64,000 nt of DNA from Yuukianura sp. NJ FZ-2021 (taxonomy: Eukaryota): NCBI GenBank assembly GCA_046563655.1, contig CM102289.1:9424001-9488000 (forward strand), in the 5' to 3' direction. The notes under the pieces were generated by a model. That model searched no databases, was not told where the DNA came from, and saw nothing but the letters and a program-made list of their open reading frames with translations. Position numbers and translations under genes: made by a program. The number at the start of each line of letters is the position of its first letter. Position 1 is the first letter of the stretch. Of the stretch, positions 21,781 through 33,639 are shown one piece after another.

Positions 21781-24378
21781 TTAGTTATGATTTTGGAACA
21801 TATTCACTCTGTGGAAGTTGTTTGTATCGCTTGGAGAGTTAGAGAGACTTTCGCCATCTAGGGGCTCTGAACTATGTATAGTTGACGACGGTTCAGATTC
21901 GGGTTCTGCCAATGAAGCATCAGTGGCTGACTCCGAAGGAGGTTCAGTGGATGGTTCTAGAAGGGTCTCTTCAGTGTGTGCTTCTAGAACTTCGGTTTTA
22001 GGTTCAGGAGCTTCGCTGGACGGTTCTGATGCTGAAGTTTCTTGTTCTGGAATTTTGGCTTCAGTTTCCGATTCCGGAATTGGGACTTCAGTAAGTGGCT
22101 CCGTCGTTGGGGCTTCAGTTTCTGGTTCTGGAATTGGGGCCTCAGTAGATGGCTCTGCTGTTGGTTCTGGAGTTGGGGCTTCAGTTGATGGTTCTGTTGT
22201 TGGGGCTTCAGTTTCTGGTTCTGGAACTGGGGCCTCAGTAGACGGCTCTGGTGTTGGTTCTGGAGTTGGGGCTTCAGTTGATCGTTCTGTTGTTGGGGCT
22301 TCAGTTGATCGTTCTGTTGTTGGGGCTTCAGTTTCTGGTTCTGGAACTGGGGCCTCAGTAGATGGCTCTGGTGTTGGTTCTGGACTTGGGGCTTCAGTTG
22401 ATGGTTCTGTTGTTGGGACTTCAGTTTCTGGTTGAACTGGGGCTTCAGTAGATGGCTCTGTTGTTGGGGCTTCAGTTTCTGGTTCTGGAATTGGGGCTTC
22501 AGTAGATGGCTCTGTTGTTGGGGCTTCAGTTTCTGGTTCTGGAATTGGGGCTTCAGTAGATGGCTCTGTTGTTGGGGCTTCAGTTTCTGGTTCTAGAATT
22601 GAGGCTTCAGTTGATGGCTCTGTAGTTGGGGCTTCAGTTTCTGGTTCTGGAATTGGGGCTTCGGTAGATGGCTCTGTTGTTGGGGCTTCAGTTTCTGCAA
22701 TTGGAATTGGGGCTTCTGTAGATGGCTCTGTTGTTGGAGCTTCAGTTTCTGGAATTGGAATTGGGGCTTCCGTAGATGGCTCTGTTGTTGGGGCTTCAGT
22801 TTCTGGAATTGGAATTGGGGCTTCTGTAGATGGCTCTGTTGTTGGAGCTTCAGTTTCTGGAATTGGAATTGGGGCTTCTGTAGATGGCTCTGTTGTTGGA
22901 CCTTCAGTTTCTTGTTCTGTAATTGGGATTTCCGTAGATGGCTCTGTTGTTGGAGCTTCAGTTTCTGGAATTGGAATTGGAGCTTCTGTAGATGGCTCTG
23001 TTGTTGGAGCTTCAGTTTCTGGAATTGGAATTGGGGCTTCTGTAGATGGCTCTGTTGTTGGACCTTCAGTTTCTTGTTCTGTAATTGGGATTTCCGTAGA
23101 TGGCGCTGGTGTTGGAGCTTCAGTTTCTACTTCTGGAATTGGGGCCACGGTAGATGGTACTGCTATTGGAGCTTCAGTTTCTGGAATTGGAACTTCGGTT
23201 GCCTGTTCGGGAACAGGAGCAGCTTCCGTAGTTTGTTGTGTTGCTGGAACTGCAGTAATTGGTTGTGGTGCATCGGTGACCTCGGATGATTCGTTTGAGT
23301 CATCTTCCTCTGAGGATTTATCAGTCGTTTGCTCAGTGGGACCAGCAGAAGTGGAAGTGTCGTCAGTTTCAATGGATGGACCACCTTCATCATGATCGTC
23401 GTCTCCAGTGTCGGGATCAAAGTCATCTTCCAGTGGAGTCGCTGCTGTACCTGGTACTGGGGTGCTTGTCGTAGTTTCTGGTGCTTGTGTAGATTGTGTA
23501 TCAGCAGGGGCTGGAGATGGCGTCGTAGGCTCATCCGTTACACAATACCGTGAAATTCCTAGTTTACACTTTTAAATGAAAAAACAAAAACAAAAACTTT
23601 TAGTAAAATTAGTTAATAAAAAATAATAATTAAAAATTTCATTAGCGTTAACGAGACTTACAGCCATCCACATCAGTCCGTTTTTTATATCTTGCCACCC
23701 AAATCTTCCTTTGCCATCAATCTGCAAAAAATGAAATTATTTGGAATTCTTAACAAATACAAACAAAATTTTTTTAATTTAATGTTAAATTTAAACTTGT
23801 GCTAAAAAAGCCTATGATTTTGGTTTTGTTGTTTTTTTCTTCAGATTTCTACTTTCTCTGTTAAAAGAAAAATGGAGCTTGTTTTGGGGAATTGTGTGAT
23901 CTTAACAGAGTTGATCTTTGAGATAACGACGTAATTGTTTGCTTTTTCGTAGTCCATTTGGACAGTTCCAGAACACGTTCCATGGTCCAGAGGCTCATTA
24001 CTTTTAAGTAGGGTCGAAGTCCACGTCTAAACTGGACTCTAACTTTCTCCTGGAAGTGCAGACTCCCGTTCTAATTGAATTTAGCACAAATCGACCACAT
24101 CTCACCTGCTCCAATTCCAGCAAGACTTCATTCCTCAGTCGTTCTAGCTCACTTTCTCCCAAAGCAGACGTGCTTTCCAAAGCAGAACCACCGAAATCAT
24201 AAAATCCAGCAGACTTTTGTAGGTCCATGAGAAGAAGGCGACGGCGTTCGAGGAGGTTGTGGACATTTAATTGATTCTCTTCTGCCATGGCAACCGTTGT
24301 GGTCGTGTTGACCAAAAATATCAACAACACTGCTGCACTTGGCACCATAAAAATCCTACACATTAGATTCGTCTTCAT
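21781..24378 (-). CDS. Secreted acidic Pro/Thr/Glu-rich mucin-like protein (about 720 aa) with an 18-aa tandem repeat
   Basis: Exon 24378-24106 encodes a signal-peptide-like stretch (MVPSAAVLLIFLVNTTTTVAMA). Then 24049-24002 (least certain), 23721-23662 (IDGKGRFGWQDIKNGLMWMA) and 23568-21781 (CKLGISRYC, an acidic linker, then PEPETEAPTTEPSTEAPI repeats to TAA). All junctions are phase 0. Confidence 0.8.
22060..23200 (-). repeat. Coding minisatellite, 54-bp unit, about 20 copies
   Basis: Plus-strand unit approximately ggggcttcagtagatggctctgttgttggggcttcagtttctggttctggaatt, with variant and shortened units. Confidence 0.95.
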
Positions 24379-24943
24379 CTTCTTTTTCTCCAATTTTCAC
24401 TCTTCTGCTTCTGCTTTCTCTCTTCGCTGCGTTGACTGACCGAATCCAACTGCCTACTGGGCGGAATAGGTAATTGTGATAGATGTTTTTTGTGGATTAG
24501 GTTAAGCTTAGGCTCAACTTAGGTTTGGACATAACTTGGAAAGGTATGAAGATCAATTGCCTTGACCCGCTTAGATCAAGGTCAAACCAACACCTTTTGT
24601 ACAGTACCTGTAACGCCTTTTTGCATTTTTGAACAAAAGATGAAAATCTCGGGGGAGGAAAGATTCAAAATCTCTGAGTTTACATGGGAAAACGCCGACC
24701 TTGTTCATAAAAATCACTCAAAGATTCCCTTTTTTGAATTCTTGAAAAACTTTTGTTTGCGAGAGAAGTTCACGACGTTGAATTTCAAAAAATGTTTTTA
24801 GGTTCTGGGTCAAGGGGTCCCTTGGGTTTAGCTTTTTGAATAAAAAATGAAATCTTTTTGTTTCTTTTGTTTCAAAATTCAAAAAAAAATTGTGAATTTT
24901 TTGAAAAATTGAAGATAAATTTCTGTTTTTGTTTTTTTTAGAG
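24379..24943. promoter_or_regulatory. Probable shared (bidirectional) promoter region between the mucin-like gene and ARMH1
   Basis: Divergent start codons are about 565 bp apart. The ARMH1 ATG follows a polypyrimidine-AG acceptor, implying a 5' UTR exon upstream. Confidence 0.45.
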
Positions 24944-27900
24944 ATGACTCATCTGGATAAAGCCACGATGCTGCTTCCGACAGTGCCACTTTTTCCAGCC
25001 GAACGGAAGAATTGGCCTCCACCGCCACGAGTCAAGGACTACGATGCTGCTGGAATTGAAAAACCGAAATCCGAAGATACTCCGGACATTGCCGAGTTGA
25101 AAAAAGACAAAGCAATTTTCATTTTTGCTGGAATACATGATACTGCCAAGATGGCTGACAGTATGAGCACGGTGGAACTGGAACGGTCCGAGCACCGCGG
25201 CGGTGCATCGAAGACCGTGCTGGGAGATCATTCTCAACTGGACATTGACCCTGCCAGGTCATCACTCATGTCAGTGGCTGACAACGTTTCAAAGATGCTG
25301 GAGACAGCACATGCTGGAGACGAAGAGGAAAGTTCTGAAGGTGGTCAGCACGTTTTCAAAAAGAAAAAGAAAAAACGAATGTTGGATGAAATTCCAAAAA
25401 CGAAAAAGAAAGGAGCAAAAGTGATTCCAAGGATGAGTCGATTGGCACTTCGCGAATTCTTGAAGTCGTGGGATAAAGTAATTAATCTTTAGTCTAAAAT
25501 ACTAAAAGTTCAACTTTTAGTTTTAGGACTAAACCACTAAACGTCTGAAAGTCTAACTTTTAGTCTAAGACTAAGAAATTAGCAAAAGTGAGGTTAATGG
25601 ATATAATTTTTCAGGATTTTGAAACTTTTTTGAATTTTTTTTGTTCCCAGGGCTCCAACTCTCAAAGAATTTGTCTAATTCAGAAATTCTTAGAAGATTA
25701 CACGACTCAAGATCCGTTGGATTTGGATTTTTATTTGAGCAAAAGCGGAACTTTGATTTTTACGCGCTTAATCGTTGGGATGCAAGTAAGAAAATTTTGA
25801 AAACTTTTTTCATGATTGTTGGCCTACTTTTTCAACTTTTGTGGCAGAAAGTAATTAAGTTCTTCGGTTTTTTTGAAAAAAAAAATTTTGTCCCAATAGA
25901 TTTCCTTCCAATGTAAAAAACCTGTCGCCCATCACTTCATGGCTCTTGGGATTTTCATTAAGTCATTTGATGGGTAAGTTCCATTTGGCAAAAAATTTGT
26001 TGAAGAATGAAATTTTCTTCAAAAATGAAATTTTTTTGAAAAGTGAAATTTTCACTGTCATTTTGGATTTTTAAGACTAAAAGGCTTCGGAGAAATTTGT
26101 AAGCGTGAGAATTGAGATTGACGATCCTCGACACGCCAAAAAAGTTTTAACGCTTTAAATTTTGTCTTTCACACTAACAATTTTTTTTGTGTGTTAAAAC
26201 TTTCTCTTGAAAGAAAGTAAACATTGGGAGGCGACTCATTTTTAAATATTAGTGACACAGAAGCGACTCAAGCGCAGCACTTCTGCCTCAGTTGAGGCCA
26301 AAATGAGCTTGTCATTTCCCATTATGCTCAACCATGAGTCTTAAGCTTGATGGTAGAACTTTTTTTGAAAAAAAAAGTACGCTTCATTTCAAAATTTCAT
26401 TTTTAGCGTTTCCTAGAAATTTTGTTGTGCTAACAACATTATACTTTACGCCTTACAGCCTCGGTTGACTTCAATGATAATGATCTCCTGCGGTAAAGGT
26501 TAAAAACCCGGAAGAACCGCAACATCACTTTTTCCTATTCTTTTCTTAACAACCAAAAAACGAAAAAAGTTTCAACTTTTTTTTTCAAAATTGTTCCAGT
26601 TTTTTAAAAACGAGGATCTGTGTATAAAAAAGTTTTGCTGGTTGCTAAGCACAGGCTTGTTAAAACCATTTTCTTCATCTCCGCTTTTTAATGATGGAAA
26701 CCAGACATAAATAGTTCTGGTTTTGTTTCTTTTTATAAAATTTCGAGTTCTTTTTCTCACTTTGTATAAAATTCCTAAAGAATTTTATCCTCCAATGAAA
26801 GTTCAAAAGTCTTTTTTTCGTTTTTCCAAGATCTGTTATTCACAAAACCAGTTTTTTAAACCTACTTTTCAAAAACGATAAATCTCCATGTTTGGCAAAG
26901 ACATAATACCTGCTTTCAAAAAGTATTTTAACAAGAGTTTTTTTTAAAAAGAGACTTTTTTGAAAAAGTCGTAACTTTTTGGTACTTTTCCCTCATTTGC
27001 TTTTACTTTTCTTTCTTCTTCTTTCACTTTCGTCAGGGAAAGTGAAATCCTCTGCTTTATAATCCCGATGCTTTCAATCTTTATTTACTCAAAGGAGCAA
27101 AGAAACGTGTGAGCAAACTTGGATTTTTGAAAGTTTCAAAAAAAAAAGTCTACTTTCGGTTTTTCCAAACATTTTTCTGTCTGGACGATAAGAACTCTTT
27201 TTTGCTCTTTGACTAATAAGGCAAAAAGCAAAAAAAAACAGCAAAAGGACTTTTCTTTGACCTCGTTCAATTCAAAGATCAAGAAATTCCGCTACTTCTT
27301 TTTCTTCGAAATTCTCCAAAAAACTTTCTTTGTAACTTTTTTTTCTCCGTTGAGCTATAGTTAATAGTAAGACGTGAGTAATTTGGCAATGGGTGAGCTA
27401 GCATTACTATTCTCTACTTTTTTGAGTTGTAATTATCCACCAATGAAAAAATAGCTAAGACTCAATCAACCAATCAAGTGAACCGTGATGAAAAAACTCA
27501 CTTCTCTGAACAAAAACTCTTCAAATCAACGTTCGTTTTCCAATTATTTGAGCTTTGGCGCTGTTTGTTTTCAACTTTTCAAAAAACAGGGTTCGCGCTT
27601 TTTTCTTTTCATTTAAGTCTCATGTGCTTCACTTTTTGAATTAAGAGATTCCCTTATTGAATTTTTTGTGTTCTTTATAATTAAAAACACAACAAAACTT
27701 AAACCCACGCTTTTTTTTAATTCGTAAAATCATTTGTGCTTTCTCACCTTTCTTAACTCATTTTTTGGATTACCGAAAACTTTTCAGTGAAAAGTTTACA
27801 AATTGTAGATTTTGAAAATTAAAATTGGAGTTAATTTTCGCGCTTTTTTTGTTTTTTGAAACAGGGAGAGATACACTTATGAATTTGCAATGGCGGGAGC

Positions 27901-30900
27901 ATTTCAAACGAGTTTTGAAGTTTTGCGGGTTCACGAGATGACAAACCACGACAAAATGCATGCGTTCCACCTTCTGTTTTTAATTATCGACGGCAAGGGA
28001 GGATGCAGTGCCAAACGTTTTGTGTGTCAGGACACTTCATGTAAAATTTAAAAAATTTTGACCTTTTTGTAAAAATTTTAAGAATTCGAAAATCAAGAAA
28101 TGTTAAATTAATTTGTGAATTTCTAGACCTCGAATGTGTCGTTGATTGCCTGACAATGTGTCAAAATGAGCATGTGATTAAGGAAGCCAAACAATTTTTA
28201 CACAATCTCTGTATTGGAAATACAAGCAAAAATTTAGTGATGATTTCCAAGTATGTCATTAGTCTTCTGCCCTGTGACTTCAATCCACAGATTCAAGCCA
28301 TGGCGTGTGATGTGCTCCAAGGAATTATTGTAAACTTCACAGAAAATTCAATTTTTTGACTTTTTAAAAGTTAAAAGTTAACATGTTTAAAAATTTCAAA
28401 CTTTTCTTTTCTAGAATCAAAACGGTGATGTGGCTGCCAGTTGCTGTACACTGATTGTGGATGTGCTGAAATCGAATTATGACGATGCTTTAGTAGATGG
28501 CAAGTCAAAAAAAAATATAAATTTTTTCTCAAAAACTTGTTTTTTCGAAATTTAAATTTTGACAGTGGGGAACGTTTGTCTTGCTATCATGAGAACGGAG
28601 ACTGCTGACGAAATTTTGTTCCACTTGATCGAAGCCGCTCAGCCTTACAATCTTCTCGAAAATCTGTCTTTGCCTGGTGGGAAAACATAACAAACAGCAT
28701 TTTTATATGACCTTGACCTTTGACCTTGACTTTTAGGTGTTGTTGGTGACCCGGCTGGAAGTGAGTTTGAGGATGCCGAGTCCTCTGTCAGATCTGAAGG
28801 CGTTGGAATCAAGGAAGGCACGGGAGCTCCGCCTCTAGAAAGCGATCCATATTTTCGACTTCAATATGGCGCCATTTACGTTCTCAGGTATCCTCTACTA
28901 ATGATGTAACTCATGTAACTAGTGTAAGGATATGTAACTAATGTAAAGTTATGTAAGTAATGTAAGTTATGTTATGTGCTGTAACTAATGTAAGGCTAGT
29001 TTCACTTGCTGTGTTGCTTTTCAGCTACATGGTGAAGAACATGCCAGAGTGTGCGGATTGGATGATCGAGCGGGGAGTGATTGGTAGTTTGCTGTCGGGC
29101 ATTGGAACTCCGTGCTACACTTCCGTACAACTTTTCAAAAAACTAAAATTTGGAAACATGAAAGGATGGAGGTCGTTAGTTGATTTCGTGTTTATTAGGT
29201 TCAACTGGAAGCAATTCGCCTCCTCCTGCTCCTCCATGAACTTTCACCCGACTGCGCTCTGGCTCTGCCACGGCTACTTCCACACAACATATTAACTGCC
29301 CTCCTCGTAAGTCTCACCAAAAACAAACATCACACTTCACAAAAGTACAGAGACAGTCTTTAGTTCAGTTTACAACCAAAAGTGTAAATTTGTCCACCGA
29401 AAACTTTCCACGGACAATTTGAACAACATCAAATTCAAAATCTGTCCTAACAATTTCAGTTTTTCACTGCATTCCACAACACTACAAAATTTTCATAACC
29501 TGAATTGCTTTTTTTTGAAAACTAGAATTCTTCAAAAACTTGTTACTACACTTTCGTGGTGAAAGTTTTTCTCTCAAAAAATCGCTCTGTACTTTTAGTT
29601 TTTCCTGCTTTTTTATAGATTTGTCCCGATGCCAAATTTTTTTTTCACATTAGACAATCTGAAAAAAACTGCGACGGAGAAAAAACTATTTTCTCTTTTT
29701 AGCAGTGTGCAATTTTTAAACAGTATAGCTGTGTAAATTGTTAGATGCATTGAGTAAAATGTACAATGTACTAAAAATGTTAGGGTAGGTTTTAGTATAA
29801 CCAAACTTCAAAAAAGTCGTAGTCAGCGTATAATATGTTGGACAAAGGAATTATGTTGCAGTGGCTCATTGACTACCAATACTCAAATGACATTCCGACG
29901 ACTTTCTCCTTCGTTTCCCCCGTCCAGAAACTCCAAAAATGAGCATCTTCCGTCTTTTCTACTTTCCTTATTTCTATGTCTGATCTGCTCCGAAACGGAC
30001 TTTCACTCCATACTTTCTCTTTTTACTCTACAAAACCTCCTCTACTTTCTCTTTTTAACATAACCTAACTCTACTTTCTCTTTTTACTCTAATCTCCCAC
30101 TCCCATTCGCTTTCCCATGAATAACCATAGTAGTCTGATCCAAATCAGCTAAAAAATGGTACACTTAAACCTTCCATTCTCAAGCCAAATCCAGAACAAT
30201 GGATTCTAAAAAACTATTTTTTGTACAATAAGCTTAGCTTGCACTGTAATTGCAATTTTTTACAGAAAGAGCAAGAGGATGTACTGCATTATGTCACAGC
30301 CGTGACATGCTTAGTCCTCAGAAAACTGGGCACAAGAGTACAGGAGAGCTGGACAGCTTGGTTTTCACAAGTGACCTCGCCAGATTCAGAAACAAGTCAA
30401 AAGCGCAGCATTCCGCAACTCAAGAAAGATGAAGTTGAAGGTGAAGAAGAAGATGACGAAGACGTTGAGAGTTTGACGGAGTACAATTTGTACGAAATCG
30501 ACGTACTTGTTGAAATGCTGGCACAGTCTCTTGCTGACCCCTTCGTGTAAGTTGATTGAAGGTCATAACAGCCAAATCAAAAAGAGCCAATTTCCAAAAG
30601 AGCCAATTCCAAGATTTTAACAATCGGCGCTTTTGAAGTTGTCTTTTATGGCATTTGCTCTTACGGAAATTGGCTCTTTTTGTTTGGCTGTCTTGGCATC
30701 GGCTCCTTTTGATTTGGGTGTTATGACATGAAACAACGAAGAAGTGCTGGCCAGTGGTCTAGAAATCACTTTCGTGTTAATTTGTACTTTTCTTGTGCTT
30801 CTACGACACAGGAAGATTGTGGAGGGCATGAAACTTATGTACCCGGATCCGAGTGTTGTTGAGTCCTATATGGACCGACCCAGCATGGTATCGTCCGTTT

Positions 30901-31371
30901 CACGGTCTATGACGGTACCGCGGTACCGCGACAAAGGTTCCCTTGCTGCCGAGGAGCATATTCTAGAAACAGAGGCATTGGAACCGTTCAGAAAATACCT
31001 AAAGCAGGACAATGTGATTGTGGAGAGAGAAGATGAATTTGAAAAGTACTATGCCGCCAAGTTCATCATGGCCTCGGAGACGCATAGCGTATGTTTTCCA
31101 AAATTTTGGAAAACAATTTTTTTTTGAAAAAGGTATTTTGAAAAAAGGTTTTTCGAAACAGGTTGAATTGGACGCGATGCAAGTGCAGGCTCTGCAGGAT
31201 GCGGAGAAAGCAATGCAGGATTTCAAAGATCCGTTTAACGCTTCGAAGGTGCCTGAAGGGAGTGGGCGGCAGTCAGGCCAAGCAAGTCAGGATCAGACGC
31301 AGTCGCAGGTCGCCCTTGGAAGTTTCTTTGAGGAGAATCAAACTGGGCAAGACCAAATGCTCAACTTGTAA
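24944..31371 (+). CDS. ARMH1: Armadillo-like helical domain-containing protein 1 (ARMH1/C1orf228) homolog with N- and C-terminal extensions, about 814 aa, 13 exons
   Basis: Exons 24944-25477, 25651-25785, 25900-25973, 27865-28040, 28127-28329, 28415-28499, 28566-28676, 28737-28887, 29025-29124, 29199-29306, 30266-30546, 30812-31088 and 31162-31371 total 2445 nt in frame. Segments are colinear with the recalled vertebrate ARMH1 sequence: LREFLKSWDK..RICLIQKF..GTLIFTRL, LGIFI, ERYTYEF..G, HNLCIGN..ISLLPC..PQIQ, ERGVIGSLLSGIG. Confidence 0.8.
30562..30727. mobile_element. MITE-like element in an ARMH1 intron (166 bp)
   Basis: 27-bp TIR GTCATAACAGCCAAATCAAAAAGAGCC matches 25/27, with internal AAAAGAGCCAATT repeats mirrored on the other arm. 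TSD not evident. Confidence 0.75.
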
Positions 31372-31986
31372 AACAGTCAATCCGCAAAACAATCAACTTT
31401 CAATATACCCAACTCGCAAATCGGCCAACGACAGCTTGAACTTAAAAGCAAAACATTGCAAAAATATTAATTTTCTTTCCTTATTTCAATTTTTAAGCTG
31501 CGTTTGTTTTTGGGGAAAAAAACGTCAATAAAAAAATGAACAAACACAAGAACAGTTAAAAAATTTTTTTTTTATTTGTGTTTCTTTATATTTTTCTAGG
31601 TAGTTTCGATTCGAGAGGTAAAAGTCGGTATTCTGGACGATAAAATTTGGGAAGAAGGAGAGGATTTTGTTCCAAATTGGTGAAACAGTTATTGAGACTT
31701 GGTCGATGGACGGAACTAGAGAAGGGATGTGAAGACGTGCGTTTTTCATGTTGGTGGGGCCGGTGGGGCTGTGGTGGGGCCATGAGTCTCTGTGGATTGT
31801 CATATTAGTTTGACGACGAAGGGATGATGCTGAGGCTGCTCTTTTTCCTTGATCCACTCCGCTGCTTTCTCCACTTTCTCCTGCTGCAGCTTTATGGACA
31901 CGTCCAGCCACTTCTTCTTAGTATTCCAGGCAGCAACACACTCTGGCTCAAATATCTCACCTGGGCATTACACCACCTCTGTACAA

Positions 31987-32158
31987 AAATACACGTCAAG
32001 AAATACACGTTAAACCAAGTACACACCAACACATACACGTCAAGATATACACGCAAAATACACCTCAAGAAAACGCCTTTACACCAAATACACGTTTAGA
32101 AATACGCACAGAACACACGTCAAAAGCTACATGCAAAATACACGTCAGGAAATACAGG
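31987..32158. repeat. Degenerate 12-14-bp minisatellite (AAATACACGTCAAG)
   Basis: Recurring ATACACG cores. Confidence 0.75.
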
Positions 32159-33639
32159 AAACGAGATATTTTGGTTTGCCAAACGAAGAACCTTATTGTC
32201 AAAACGGTCTAAAATGAAATGTACTTTTCGATGACTTTTTCCATCTTTTTTTTTCGAAATTTCTTCTTTCTTTTTTTTTTTTGAAAATGAAAAATGTGGT
32301 ACTGGTTGATTTTGAAATATGAACATATGTTTCCAGCCTGGAGTCCTTTGACCTTAAAAGTCCTGACTCACAGGAATTCCCTCGTGCTTGAACTCTGTTC
32401 TAAGACTTATGGTGACCTTGGAGTGAATTCCTCCACAACCTAACAATTTCCAAAATGGAAGATGACGACGGTGGCCATTAGTCCTCCTGTCCACGATCCA
32501 TCGATTTATTAGCACAAAAGTGGAGACTTAAGGGCCCCCTGCACAATTCTTCAGGGTCCTCCATAGTCATTTCCCTCGTCTGCCACCAAACAAATGTTTT
32601 CCCGCGTCGCAGTAGGGTTCTAAGGACAAACTAAAGTAAAAAGTAGGAGGAAACTAAAAAGAAGAAGAGAAAACGAACAATTGAAGTCTCACCTGAACAA
32701 ATTCCCACGGTGGTCAGACTCTACTGAAAGAAAATAAGTGTGGCGTCTTCAAATTGTGGAAACCACAGTGACCGAACACTAAAAGAAAAAAACGGGATTT
32801 TTTTTGGTTCACTGCACGCGCAACTTTTTGAATCCAATTTTGAAACACAATCTTATAAATTACTATTGACGAGAAACTGATTTCTGCACATTTCAACTTT
32901 AACACTCTAAAACCTTGATTTTTGGTAGAGCAAAACACAATTTTTTAAAGTTACAAAATTTGGAAACATATTTAACCTTGCATCCGTTTGCTAAAAACCA
33001 AATTGGCACACGAGTTCCACCGTTTGCACAATTTGGTTTTTGCATTTATGCAAAAAAGGTCATGACCTTTTGGTTTTAGCATGACCTTGTTCTTGTGCTT
33101 TTAGCCAAAAAAAGTTCAATTTCCTGGAAGCCAAAGGTCGTTTGAAGTGACTTTTTGGAAAAGTTTGATTCAATAATGTTTCAATTTCCAACACGCGGTT
33201 TTATATTCAAAGTTTTTAACTTTTTTTTAAAAAAAGGAAGGAAGTTTGGCACATTGCGGATTTACATTTCCCAGTTTTTTTTAAAAACTTTTTTTTTATG
33301 CAGGAAGGAATTTTTTTTAGTTTTTATCGTGCTAGCGTTTTGCTTGTATTTAAAGCAGGAAGACGTCGAGTGTAATGGGTTTGAATTTTGCACAAACGGA
33401 AAGAAAAGAACAGACTTTGCAAAAAGTAGGATTCAAGAATTTTTTTTTCAGAACTTTTTTTTCTTGTTTCAATTGAAAAAAAAAGTGAGGTTTTGCTATC
33501 AGGCGTCGTTTTACGACTCTTACAACCAGTTAGACACAAAATTCGGACGTCTTCCTGCCGTTTCCTTCACTATTCAGTTCGTCTGTGAACAATGGATTCA
33601 TATCTTCTCGCTCCAATGGTAATAACATAACCATACACT

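Noticed and set aside
21818..23553. Plus-strand Gly/Ser/Val-rich and Trp/Cys-rich ORFs
   Set aside because: Antisense shadows of the mucin gene and its repeat array.
31525..31911. 128-aa minus-strand ORF as a stand-alone gene
   Set aside because: GTG start and it runs into AT-rich UTR-like sequence. The region is kept only as an unresolved spliced unit.
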